Position numbers and translations under genes: made by a program. Shown here in pieces: positions 24,141 to 36,916 of a DNA stretch of 64,000 bases. The stretch covers positions 67,086,001 through 67,150,000 of the forward strand of contig NC_087437.1 in the NCBI RefSeq assembly GCF_036321535.1, given 5' to 3'. How positions within the stretch are numbered: position 1 is the first letter of the stretch; each line of letters begins with the position of its first letter. The notes beneath the pieces were generated by a model that ran no database searches, had not been told where the DNA came from, and worked only from the letters and a program-made list of their open reading frames with translations. This DNA comes from Camelus dromedarius. Its lineage: Eukaryota.

Positions 24141-27039
24141 GAAGGGAACTCCTAAATGGAACAGAATGTCTATGCCCAAAGCCAGATGTAAAATCAGGAG
24201 AGGGTGATATAGTGGGAGGCTTGCTATAGAAGATTCTGACCAAGTTCACATCAAGTGCTAGGAGCAACTGCTGAGTAAGTGTCATCCATGTCATAGATAT
24301 GCCACGGCGTGAAGTGGCTAGGTGGGCAGATGTGTATACTTCTGATCATTTGAAAAGTGACAAAGGGGAGTGATGGTGTAGAGTGTGAGCATGGGTTCAG
24401 TACAAGGCCTTGGCCTTCCTCTGGACCTCTGTCTCATTTCTGGGTCTGCTCTTTGGAGCTGCACCCAAGGAAATCACTTCTGTAGTCAGGTCTCCTAGCA
24501 TGCTGTTTGTCCTTGGCGTGTTCCCTGAGGAATGTCTGTGGTTGAAGTGGAGGAGTCCATGAGAAGGCACTACAGTGGCATTTAAAGGGGAGCCATAGTG
24601 TCACGGAAATATGACTCTGTGATACCATGGAACCCGTATGAGTGTACAGTGCTTCAGTCGAAAGATGAGGATGTATAATTTTATGGTAACTGTCTTTGTA
24701 TACCAACAATAAAGTATGTATATTGTTTAATAATGGCATATGATGAAGTTGAGACTTGGCAGTGATCCTGTAGATTGATTAATGTAGATGACCAGTGCGT
24801 AATAAAGCCATCCACATTTATCAAATTAACCAGATATTTACTCTTCATTTAGTTTAGTGCTGTGTTAATGGCCAAAACCTAATTTAATGTCAGTTAACAC
24901 AAACAATATTTTTAGTTAAGATGGCAGTTTAAAAATTATATAATAATAGCAATTATAAAGATAGATTATTTCATCTAATTAAAATTTGCTTAAAGTGTGA
25001 AGAGAATGTGATTTGTTTTAAAAATGACTAGTGTTAGAGACTTGTGCTATTCCATGATTTCCTTCAGGAAACAAGGAGTATAGCAAGTTTTTGAAATTTA
25101 TTTCAGTCTTTTGGAACTCAAAAAAACCTGAATTTGAACAGGTTAAATGAATTTTATGTTACACTTTTTGTATACAAGAAATAGCGCTTATGAAATCATA
25201 TGGGAATCATATAAGCCCATAGACATCAGGTGACTGCTGAAATTAACATTTTGGGTGACAGGACAGCCTAGGTCTCCCAAAATGCCTTAAGCTCCTTTTG
25301 TTGCTTTGCTGACTGTATTCCCAGAGGTAAGTGCTTGGGCAGTTGGGCTCATCCTGAAACATGAGCACATGCTCCGTAGACATCAGCAAATACTCTATTT
25401 TGAACTCACAGTGAGACTGTTGTATCAGTGCCGCTTCTGAGCATCAGGTGTTTTGGCTCTGATGGATTCGAAGGGGAGATGTCAGGTCCTTCAAGTCTAG
25501 CAGGTCACTGTGAAACATCCTTTGTCCTCTTGGCTATGTAGTCTGTGTGATCCCTCTTAAGATTTCTAAGGATTCTTTGATGCCAGTTTTCTTACTCTAA
25601 CATGTACCTCTTAGTTTGAGAAAATTACTTCCTGCTTTATTTAAATCTTAGGAAATGGGGGTCTAAAGAAAGAGTATAGATGATTGTTATTTATGGTTTC
25701 AACTCCTGGGAGGAAACAGGGCCTTGTGCTTTATGTCTTTTTTTTATTTAACTGCTAAGAGTCATTCAGAATTCATGAGCTGACTTAATTTTTCTTGGGT
25801 GAAAGTCCTAAGAAAAGATTCAAGTCTGCAAAATGCTGCCAATTCAGCTCTTAAATTATGCATTTTACATGTAAATATTGCAAATTGTAAGGTATTTTAA
25901 ATGAATTTTTAATTCAGTATTTAGCATTAAAGTTTAAATTCCTGTCTAGAATTTCAAACATGGAAATACACTCTAAAAGGAAATAGGGTTTTTAGTTGTT
26001 TTGTTTTAAATAAAATAGAAAAAAAAACATTTAAAATGCAAGACATACCCATTTCCCTCCTTTTTACTCTAAGATATTTTCAATTATATTCAGTTGAATC
26101 AGTTTCTTAAATAGGAATCCTGAGACACAATCACAAGGAACTTTATTTTGTTTTCCACATCTCTTTAAATTTATTCAGGATCCATTTCTTCTTTTTCTAG
26201 ATGAAAATTTAAGCAGGTTATACAACAAAGCAAAGCAAGAAAATCTCAATTTATATACAGAAATATATATGTACTTCTCAGAATGCCAGTGATCCACCCT
26301 CTAGGAGCCCACAGGCCCCCTCCAGCTTCCTTCAGCTGTAAGTCTCATCAGCTGTCTGTCTCATCTCTGGGACAGAACCTAAGACAGCCCTGCACCAGCT
26401 CTTACGTGTGTTCGCATCTGATCTATCAGAAACAGTCAGATATCTTTTGCCCTGACACATGCAGGGAACGTAGACCCTTTTGCTGGGTGGAAACGGGCTG
26501 GGACTTAGAGCACACCACAGCTCTAATAAAAAATTCTGTCCACCAGATCTCTTTATGGACGTTCACTCCTGACCCATTTATTCTCTATGTAACCCTAAAA
26601 GTTATATAGCCAGTTTTCAGCCATCTTTGTGCAGATCCTTCAGGGTAGTTGATCTTAAAACTCACCTTGATATCTGATGTCTTATATCTGATGTTTTAGG
26701 GTGCTGGGTGACTTTCAGAATAATTCTGTTTCACAGAGAATTCTGATAGCTGAAGAGCACAATAGACCTTTTATGTTAAGTTCTGTGTACATGAGACTGA
26801 GAGTAGAGCAGATGTATTTACAAATAAATTGAGTTTTTATCACTCAGTATTAGTTCTATTGGTAAAGAAGTGTCCCTTCACCCTAATCATAGTATAAGTA
26901 ATAATATTTGTTTTCAGAGATATGATCTGTGGAAGTTTGGAATGACATAAAATATACTATATTGGAAGTCAGAAGAAATAGGTCCTAATCTCAAGATCTT
27001 TGGCCAGCCTATCTATTTGGACCTTAGTATTAGATCAAA

Positions 27040-28390
27040 TCAGCAGTATGTATTTACTGAGTTCTTATTGTGTGCTTACAGTAATGGAATCCTTAATGAA
27101 TGTCACAGTATTCTGATGAAGATATTCTAAGATACTCTAAGTAATAGCACTGATTAAATTATGATTACAAGTTTGGGTAGTGTTCAGAACGAAAGGAACA
27201 CTGCTTTATGAGACTCTGACCTAAGCTGAGGGGTCAGGAAAGGCTCTTCTGTGAAGAATGAGCAGGAAGTTATTAAGTAAAGGACTGGGTTTGGGAAAGA
27301 GCATATCAGAGGAAAGACAGAGAACAGAGCAAAGGCTCTGACTGAAGAAGTCAAGAGAAATTGAATTGGTAAAATGGATCAGATTTGATCATGGATTGGG
27401 TTTGGGAGATGATGAGAGAGTATTAGGAATCAAGAAAGATTGCTAAATTTCTGACTTGTCCAACTCGATGACTAACTGAGCCCTTTGCTATCATAGGGGA
27501 TGCAGGCACGGAGGGGAAGATCAAGAGTTTGATTTTGGACAAGGTGACTAGAGGTACCTTTGAGATAACTATGTGGAGATGTCTAGGAGGCATTTGGGTA
27601 CAAGAGGAGAGGTTTGGGTTAGATAAATTTGGAAGCCATTGGCCTGTATATGAGAGTTGAAGCCATGATAGTGTATGAGAGTCTGTAGGGAGAGAGTTTA
27701 ACATAAGAAGAGAAGGCAACCGTTTGAGGAATGCCAACATTTAATAGCCCAGCAGAGAAGGGAGAAACAGCAGAAGAGACTGAGGAATATCCAGAGACAT
27801 GGAAAGAAAACCAGAAGTAAATCATATCCCTGAAGCTAAGGGAAAATTATGTTTCAAGAAGGAGAAGGGAATGGCCATCACTGGTAGATGCTACTCGGAG
27901 TTGAATGATTATAGGAGTCACGAAGCCATCAGGAGGCCTCTGGGAAACCAAGGGGAGCTGTTGTTAAGAAGTAATGGTGGCAGCAGTGGCCTGGAGACCG
28001 AACGGTAGAAGAGCCTGTAGAGAGTGAGCATAGAGCGAGTATAGACAGATTAGTGGTGAAGTATCAGAGAGGGCAGTCCCTGGAGGGGACTGTGGGGTGG
28101 AGGGAGGGAGGAGTTTTGTTTTAGGTGGAAATACTTGAGGATATTTAAATGCTATCAGGAAGTCTCCAGTGCAGAGGGAGGGGTTGAGTCTACAAGAGAG
28201 GGGACCGCCCATGACAAGGTTACTGAGGAGGCCAAGAGGATGGGATAAAAATTATGCTCAGATGAGGGATTGGCCTTAGATGAACCTCTCGAATCTAACA
28301 GGAGGGAGGAAGAAGAGGATGAGGCAGGTGGAAGCTGACTTGTAGGTTTGGAAAGAGGAAGTCGAGCGGGTTTTCCTCTGATGGCTTTCT
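27040..28390 (-). mobile_element. L2 LINE fragment
   Basis: Purine-rich antisense L2 pattern: gagtttgattttggacaaggtga, gtggagatgtctaggaggca, agttgaagccatg. Confidence 0.75.
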
Positions 28391-30094
28391 GTGAGAGGCC
28401 GTACTAATTTTAAAGTTTGTGATTGTATGATATGGTAATGACAATAATGACAAACATTTATGGGCTAATTTCTGTGTGTTGAGTTACATGTGGTAGTTAA
28501 GTATATGTTCTTAGATATATATATATCTAAGATATATAGTATCTATATATAGAGAGAGATATATAGATATATAGTATATGTCTTTAGATAAACTGCCTGG
28601 ATTGGAATCCAGGGCTTACCACTTCCTATGTGACCTTGAGCTGTGTGACCTGGGCTTCAATTTCTTATGTATAACAAATTATATGTAAGGTATAAGACCC
28701 CTTGTAGTATTGAATGAGTGTGTGTGTGTGTGTGTGTGTTCATATATAATGCTCAGTGTGGACTGGCTGTTTGGTCAATGTGCCCTACACGTCAGCTGAC
28801 GATAGTGGTGCTGGTGCTGGTCATTGCCCGCCATCAGCGTCTGGACCCGCCCTTGTCATACTCTTCTGATGATATGATGGGAGTATTTAGCCCTGCTTTA
28901 CAGAGGAAGCAACAGAATCAGAGAATAAGTGACTTACTTGAGGCCACACAGCTAAGTCGATAAAAGAGCCAGATTTCAAACTATACCTGCCCGGCTGCAA
29001 ACCACGCTTGTACAAAGTTGTGAAAGCAACATATCTGGAATATTTCTCCTGCCGCTATTTAAGGCTTCAGATTTCAGAGTTAACCTTATGTCAAACTGTG
29101 AAGTAGATGAAGTCAGTCTTCCACAGCTTCTGTCACCCCAGACACTTACCCTCTGTTCGCAGACCTGTTTCCTCAGCTCCCACCACTATCCTGCAGATCT
29201 ACTCTGCCTTTACTGAAATCCTACTGTATTTTGGTAGTTTTTCCATCTTTATCTTTCATCCTGAATTTATACTGCCCTTAAAAAAAATTGTATCAAAGAT
29301 TGTGTGGGTTCAGCTTGAAATGAGTGAACTGAGGGTGGAGGGCGTACACTAGCCTGTAGAGTTAGTTTGAGGGGTGTATCTTCACTTCTTCCTTGGAGGA
29401 TTAGCTGAAGAATGAAGTGATGGAGGCCAGTTTGGTTTCCATACTTACTTTTAAAAACATCTCCAGTTGCATTTATCATAATCATTGTATCAAATATCCT
29501 CCCTGAACCCACTTCTGCCCATGAGGTGGCTTGTTCCTGTTCATTGCCTGTTCCGTGATCAAATAACCTCCACTTCCTGCCTCTTAGCACCAGAGGTTCT
29601 TTCAACTTTCCTTTTTTAAACTTAAAAAATTTCCCTAATGTTATTTAGAGACTTTTCCTAATGTTATCAAGTGCTTTGTATTGTACTGCAGGTGGCTTAT
29701 TTTATGAAACGTTTTATCCTGTAAATTTAACTCCTAAGAGCATCATCAGACTATATGTGAAGAACACAAAGTTCTATAGAAGGAAGGTGTTATGTACATT
29801 TATTTTGTAAAGAAATTATAGTCGTAAGGGTATGTTATTGTGTTACTTTTTTGGGAGAACTGAGATAATATCACTTCCAAATAAAACAGTTTGAGATACT
29901 GCCATGAACTTCATGTATTTTTTTCATAGTTAGTATACCTTCTTTGTTGGAGCCCTCTGACTTATTTTAATCTGTTATTCCCATATTGTTCTGTGGTCCC
30001 TGGGGGGCAGGCATTCTTTTCAGAAGAGATAACCGTTGATTTTTGACTTGCCAGGAGTTAGCTCTGGTAAATTACTGTTTTCCTTTTTTTTCCT

Positions 30095-31810
30095 TAACTT
30101 TAATAGGAATTGGGCTAAAATTTATAAACCAAAGATCTCACCTGTTTAAAGTAAAAAGTTCAATTACTTCTAGTAAATTTACAGAGTTGTACAACCCTCT
30201 TAACAGTCCAGTTTTAGAAGTTCTTCATCGCCCTAGAAAGTTCATTGAACCTATTTGCAACAATCCCTATTCCCTCCCCTCTAGCCCCATGCAACTGCTG
30301 ATTTTTTCTATAATTTGCCTTTCCTGGACATTCCACATAAAGGGAACAATATAGTATGTAATCTTTTGCATCTGGCCTCTTTGACTTAGCAAAATGTTTT
30401 TGAGAGGCTTGTCCATGTTGTAACATGGGTTGGTAGCTTGTTGCTTTTTATTTCTGAATAGTATTTCGTTGTATGGCTATACCACATTTTGTGTATCCAT
30501 TCACCAGTTGATGGATATTTATATTATTTCCATTTGAAGGTATGATAAACATAAACATATAAACATTCATGATTTTTGTGTGTGCATTGGGTAGATTCAT
30601 AGAAATGGAATTTCCAGGTTGTATAGTAAGTTTATGTTAAACTTTTTAAGAAACTGAAACTATTTTGCAAAGTGGCTGTGCCATTTTACATTTCTACCAG
30701 CAGTGAATGAGGAGGATTCCAGTTTCTCTGCATCCTTGTCAGCACTTGATTTTGTTTTGATTATAGCCATTCCAGTGGAGATGTAATGGTATCTTACTGT
30801 GGTTTTAATATGCAATTTCCTAGCGAGTAATTATGTTGAGCATCCTTCCATGTGCTTATTATTAGCTTTTTTGAAACATTCAGATATTTTATCCATTTTA
30901 ATATTAGGTTGTTTGTCTTTTTATTATTGAGTTGTAGTAGTTCTTTATATATTCTGACTACAAGTTCTTTGTCAGATATGTGGTTTACAAATATTTTCCC
31001 AATCTGTACCTTGTTTTTTATTTTCTTAAGTCTTTTGAAGGATAAAAGTTTTTAAAATTTTTAATGAAGTCCACTTTATTGTTTTCTTTTAACATTTATG
31101 GTCCTGATCATATATCTAAGACCTCTTTGATTAATCCAAATCCACAAAGATTTTCTCCTATGTTCATGTCTATAAGTTTTATAGTTTTAGCTTTTACATT
31201 TAGGCCCACATTACATTATGAGTTGATTTTTGTGCATACTGTGAGATAAGGGTCTGAGTTAATTTGTTTGCATATTAACTTGAATTGTTCCAACACCATT
31301 TGTTGAAAAGACTATTTTTTCCCCCTCATTAATTGTCTTGTACCTTTGTCAAAAAGCATTTGGCCATAAATATAAGGGCTTATTTCTGAACTCTCAATCC
31401 TGTGCTGTTTATCTGGTGCTCTGTCTTGGGCTATTATCACACTGTCTTGATGGCTATAGCTAATTTAGAACAAATTTTGAAATCAGATTCTGTAAATTCT
31501 CCAAACTTGTTCTTCTTTTTCAATATTCCTTTAGTTCTTTGCCTTTTTGTGTGTTTTAGAGTTAGTTTGTCAGTATCTACAAAAAGCCTGCTGTGATTTT
31601 GATTGGGACTCTGCAGCTATAGATCATTTTGGAGAGGACTGGCATCTTAACAGTATTAAATCTTCTAACCCACGCATGTTGCATGGCCGCCCATTTATTT
31701 AGTCTTATTTTATTTCTTTCAGCAGCATTTTATAGTTTTTAGGTATACATCCTGCACATACTTGATTGGATTTATCAGCGTTTAATTTTACACTGTGCTA
31801 TTGTGTAATG
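30095..31810 (-). mobile_element. Old L1M 3' portion just upstream of exon 2
   Basis: ccattcaccagttgatgga, caaagtggctgtgccattttacattt, caccatttgttgaaaagact. Confidence 0.88.
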
Positions 31811-32148
31811 ATGCTTTAACATATTTTCAGTTTATTTCTCATCCCTCATCACCATTAAGGCTTTGACCCTGTCAGTTGAATTCTCCCAGTTTGTTTTTGA
31901 ATCTGGCAGATATCACATAGTGTGGTACAATATGGAGTAAGTTGCCTCTAATATTTTTCATGTACAGTTGCTAAAGGGTAAAAGGATGAACAGTTTTTAT
32001 CATTTTGACTCAGTGAACAGTCAGTAGTTGTTTAGTAAGACTGTCATGTCTGTTTGTGTTACTGATTATACAAAACACACGAACCTTTTGAAGGGATTTG
32101 GTCTGTCAGGAAAGAGTGATCACACAGCCTCCTGTCTTTCTTCTGTAG

Positions 32149-32312
32149 GTGTTGCAGCTTCCCTGGAAGTCTCAGAGAGCCCTGGGAGTGTCCAGGTGGC
32201 CCGGGGTCAGACGGCGGTTCTGCCCTGTACTTTCACTACCAGCGCTGCCCTCATTAACCTCAATGTCATTTGGATGGTCATTCCTCTCTCCAACGCGAAC
32301 CAGCCTGAACAG
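32149..32312 (+). CDS. IGSF11: IGSF11 coding exon 2 (end of signal peptide, first half of Ig V-set domain)
   Basis: Acceptor ttctgtag|GT, donor CAG|gtactt, 164 bp. Encodes (G)[54 protein letters not shown], matching recalled mammalian IGSF11. Confidence 0.97.
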
Positions 32313-33685
32313 GTACTTCTGTTGCATCCTGTGCTACCTCTGAAATATTCATCTTTTCCTAAGTGGGGGATGGGTGGGTATAGATTTGATTTCTAGAATA
32401 AGTGATGATTTCAGTGTGCCTGTGTTGTTTTAAGTGTTACTCCTGCATGGTTAGTCAGCTGTCACAAGAGCTGTCCTCTTTGTAAAATACTTACACAAAA
32501 ATTAACAGATGTCAAGGGGATCCTCCTGAAAATTTTATGTAGGAACCTAGAATTTCCTCAAAAGACATTGCTAACGGGGAATACCAAGACAGAAGAAGCA
32601 AAGTATATTTTGACAGGAAGAAACTAGCACTAACAGGTGGATGAGAGAATATTTTTTAAAGATAGTGGTAATATTAAGGAAATAACATTAGATAGTAGTA
32701 CTTTATTTATTTGGTTAATTGCACAAGTATTTTAAAATAAATAAAAGCCAGGCATACTAGCCATTCTCTAAGTCTCAAATAAATTAGGGTGGGTATGCGA
32801 AAATAGAAGTTACTAGCTAAGAAGCTGTATCGATTATAGGTAAAAGCCCCATAACATGTGATACCCACTGCAGAAAATAATGCTCGGAAAAATAGTGAAT
32901 TGTGACCATGACTATACCTTCATTCCCAAAGTTAACTTTTTTCTACTATGAAGCTTTTCTGCTTCAATAAGCTTTTTACTACCTAAAAATATTTAGTCAG
33001 CTAAGTTTTCTGATACAAAATTTAAATAGGTATATTTAACAATAACTTGTATTTCTTTAACCCATGGAACTTTCATAATTAGACTGAGCCTTTGAGATCA
33101 TTTTATTCAGCTTCATCAATTTAGGACTCAGTGATAGAGGCAACGAAAGACTTGACCACAGATTATTTACAGATAGAGCTTGGATAGAACCAGGTACCTC
33201 CCTCTCAGCCGAAAGCGCTTTTTGCAACACCACCCTGAGTCCTCTCCCATGAAAAGTTTAGTTTGATAGAGAAACTGACGTAAGAAAAGCAGTCATGGCC
33301 TCGTAGCCCTACTTCCCTAGTATGACATTCGTTTATACTCAGTCTGTAATTGTGACCTGTCATTTTGTGACCTAGTAAGCGTGAGAATGGCAGTGCTAAT
33401 TTTTTTAACTTTATTTTGGAATTAATTTTTTGAATTGGTAAGAATATTTATGGACTGATAGTAAGGTAGCCTAAAATACACTTTCTGTACTGATGAGTTA
33501 GGTAGGGATTCGACGCTATTTCAGTTTGGTTTGTAAGAATTCAGAACGCCTGGGTATCTACCGATAGGTGCTGTAGTAAAAAGTTGGCGGCACCTCTAAG
33601 ATTAGACATAAAATCTCCCGATGATTGTTACGTGTCTATAAGGAGATGCAGTGGCCTGTTTATTTATTTTGCTTTTCCCTTGCAG

Positions 33686-33893
33686 GTCATTCTATATCAG
33701 GGCGGACAGATGTCTGACGGTGCCCCCCGGTTCCACGGTAGGGTGGGATTTACAGGCACCATGCCAGCCACCAATGTCTCTATCTTCATCAACAACACTC
33801 AGCTGTCAGACACAGGCACCTACCAGTGCTTAGTTAACAACCTTCCAGACAGAGGGGGCAGGAACATTGGCGTCACTGGTCTCACAGTTCTAG
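33686..33893 (+). CDS. IGSF11: IGSF11 coding exon 3 (second half of Ig V-set domain)
   Basis: Acceptor ttgcag|GTC, donor CTAG|gtgagt, 208 bp. Encodes [24 protein letters not shown]...[28 protein letters not shown] with the D-x-G-x-Y-x-C V-set motif. Confidence 0.97.
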
Positions 33894-35274
33894 GTGAGTG
33901 ACGGGATGTTTTTGGAGACCTTGGCTTTACCTGTGAGTTTACTCTCAAAAGTGTTCACTTCTGCCGGTTCCCCTATGCTCTCTGTCTGCCTGTGTCCTTT
34001 CCTGTCCTGTCTCCTTGCAGCCCCACCTGGCCTCTGCTTCTCCGCACTGCTTAGCCATGGTCTCCCCACCCCTTACTCCATTTCAGATGGCTCTCGAAAG
34101 ATTCTTCTTAAATGACTTTTCCTGAAGGTGGAGAAAGGTGGCATAAAAAACCAGCAAAAGTGGTCTCTCATTTTTCCCTAAGCTTTTACAGGGTAGGACT
34201 TATTGTTGAGAGTGGAAGAAATCAAGAATTACTGATTATGAGTAGGAAGCAGAGGTTTCAGCACACGTGAGAATAAATTACTATGACTTCATGTCTGTGT
34301 AACGCTCAGAAGGTCCACGGCAGTTCCAAGCTTACACCTCTTGTCCTGGCAGATATATTAGTAATGCCTCCTCTTCCTCTCAGAACTATCCTCATTGGAA
34401 CGATAAATTATAGGATCAATTTGGTCTTAATACTGAGACCAAATAGACTTAGGGCCTTTTCCAGGATTATGTAGACCATGAACAGCAATCAAATTTAGGT
34501 CAAAATTGGGGTCTCTTTACTCATACCAGTATTGTCTCTTTTCTACCATGCAGTTAAACTGTCTCATGCTAAATTAAATTCATCCTAAACATGTTTTATT
34601 TCTCAGTTCTGCTGCCTCTGAAATAAAGCACTGCCTCCTAAGTGTGGGTACTTGTTGTGGGAATGGCTCAGTCCAGTTCGTGCGGGGAAACCAAGAACTA
34701 CTTAACAAAGCCGATGCTCTTGACTGTCCTCCCCCTACTCACGTCTCAGTCTCAGCCAGGAATTCTCGGTGCACCCTCCCCTTTTCCAGTGTTGAGTCAC
34801 CTGAGGATTCCAGGGCTGCGGCTTCTTGCCATTCCCTTCTTTGGGTGAGAGAATGCTGTAGCTTTGGTGCCTTGTTCTCCCAGTCTTCAAACAGAGTAAG
34901 AAAACTAAGCACAAGTGGGAAATTTTATTTTAAAACTATTATTCAAATATATTAAAGCTGTATAATCTTTACAACACTCTCAGTACTGAATACAGAGTAC
35001 TGCTGGAATTTAACATTATTTTCATGCTTACACCTGTAATTTAGGTAACGAACTTTCCATATGATCCACGTTTGTTTATTTTTTAAAGGTAGAAAAAAAC
35101 CTTTAATTTATCTTACTGTTCATGGTACCTTCCAATAATTATTTTGGGTTTCCTCTCAGAGCATCACAGTGGTAATGTTGGAGGCAGTGCATTGAGATTG
35201 GTTTATCCCATCACAGCAGTTAGGATTCCCTGAGATTTTTCACTCTTTCTCCCTATACCCTTTCATTGTTCTTT

Positions 35275-35403
35275 ATTTTTTTTTAACATTTTTTATTGAT
35301 TTATAATCATTTTACAATGTTGTGTCAAATTCCAGTGTTCAGCACAATTTTTCAGTCATTCATGGACATATACACACTCATTGTCACATTTTTTTCTCTG
35401 TGA
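35275..35403 (-). mobile_element. Short 3' end of a camelid-type L1 with TSD
   Basis: Reverse complement resembles 5327-5450. TSD CTTT(C/G)ATTGTTCTTT at 35260-35274 and 35406-35420. Confidence 0.8.
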
Positions 35404-35949
35404 ATCTTTGATTGTTCTTTCTTCCCCTACCTACTTTCTTTCCTGGTTCCTCTGTGTACCGCATTCATTTTCTACTCATTCATTCATTTTTGCAAGGTTG
35501 AACACACTTATTGAAAACTCATTAGCATTGCAAGTACCTCATCACTTGGATTTAAACTCTACTGTGTATGTCATCCAGTATGACAATCCAAGCCATGGGC
35601 TTAGTTTATATTTTTATTTACTTGCTTTTTTACTATAAACTACCACCTTTTTCCTTTAGTGTTTATTAGGGGGGAGGTAATTTTTTGTGTAACATCCTTT
35701 GCATCCTTACCTGTCTTAATTTTTGTAAAATGTTCACTGCATTACTATCAAGTAGTAGATATACTTGAACTTTACTCTAACTGCCCCCTCCATAAAACAG
35801 AAGTTAGTACAAAGTAGATATGTCTGTTTTTTGTTTGTAAAATAACAAAGCACTTGTTAACTTGGCCTTAGCCGAAAGTAGCTGGCAGGATAAGAAGGTG
35901 CTGTTCCTTGAAGTATCTTCTTTACAAGTGAGCTTTTTCACTAATTAAA

Positions 35950-36400
35950 AAAACTTTAATTATGGTAAAATATAGCAAAATTTACCATCTTAGTCAATTT
36001 TTAAGTGTATGTTTCAGTAGTGTTTAGTATATTCACAGTGTTGTGCAACAAATCTCCAGCACAACTTGCAAAAATAAACCTCAGTCCATTAAACTACATT
36101 TCTCCCTTCCCTCAGCTGCTGGAAACCACTATTCTACTTTCTTTTTCTATGAATTTGACTGCCCTATGTACCTCATATAAGTGGAATCATACAATATTTA
36201 TCTCTTTATAACTGGCTTATTTCATTTAGCATTATGTCCTCAAGGTTCATCCTTGTAGCATGTGTCAGAATTTTCTTACTTATCAAGGCTAAATAATATT
36301 CCTTTGTATGTATATACCACATTTTATTTATCCATTTATCCATCTGTGGACACTTGGGTTGTTTCCACCTTTAGGTGTTGTGAATAATGCTGCTGTGAAC
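35950..36400 (-). mobile_element. L1M 3' end fragment in intron 3
   Basis: aaaatttaccatctta...cctcatataagtggaatcatac...ggacacttgggttgtttccacct. Confidence 0.85.
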
Positions 36401-36760
36401 CTGTGTGAATTTAGTAATGCTTTTAAAAGCTGTATGTTGACACAAAGCATCATAAAGATTCTTCCAGTTCTTCTTTGGAGGAAGCAGAGAGAAACTGAAA
36501 CCATAAAATACCTTGAAAATATAATCATAGCCTCTTTTACATGTTTGCTCCCTGCCAGCTGAAGTCGTGGACCCTGCCCCTGTGGGCAAGCCCTGGGAGG
36601 AGTACATGACTGTTATCTGGCTTTGCTCATGATGTGGTCTCCTGGTTTGTGTTCTCAAAACAGTGTTGTCTGAAGTTCCAGTGTGCTGAATGTTGATGCC
36701 CTCTGTCATCAGTTGGCTCATAGTAAATGCATACTTTATTGCTTACTCTTCCTGCTGTAG

Positions 36761-36916
36761 TTCCCCCTTCTGCCCCACACTGCCAGATCCAAGGATCCCA
36801 GGATATCGGCAGTGACGTCATCCTGCTCTGTAGCTCAGAGGAAGGCATTCCTCGACCAACTTACCTTTGGGAGAAGCTAGACAATACCCTCAAACTACCT
36901 CCAACAGCCACTCAGG
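36761..36916 (+). CDS. IGSF11: IGSF11 coding exon 4 (first half of Ig C2-type domain)
   Basis: Acceptor ctgtag|TT, donor CAGG|gtatgt, 156 bp. Encodes (V)[51 protein letters not shown]. Confidence 0.97.

Noticed and set aside
24739..24830. Box C-like ATGATGA
   Set aside because: No CTGA D box or terminal stem at a suitable distance.
32028..32148. In-frame upstream extension of exon 2 as an alternative N-terminus
   Set aside because: Not hydrophobic or signal-like, and a good polypyrimidine tract with AG sits at 32148. The real first exon lies outside the window.
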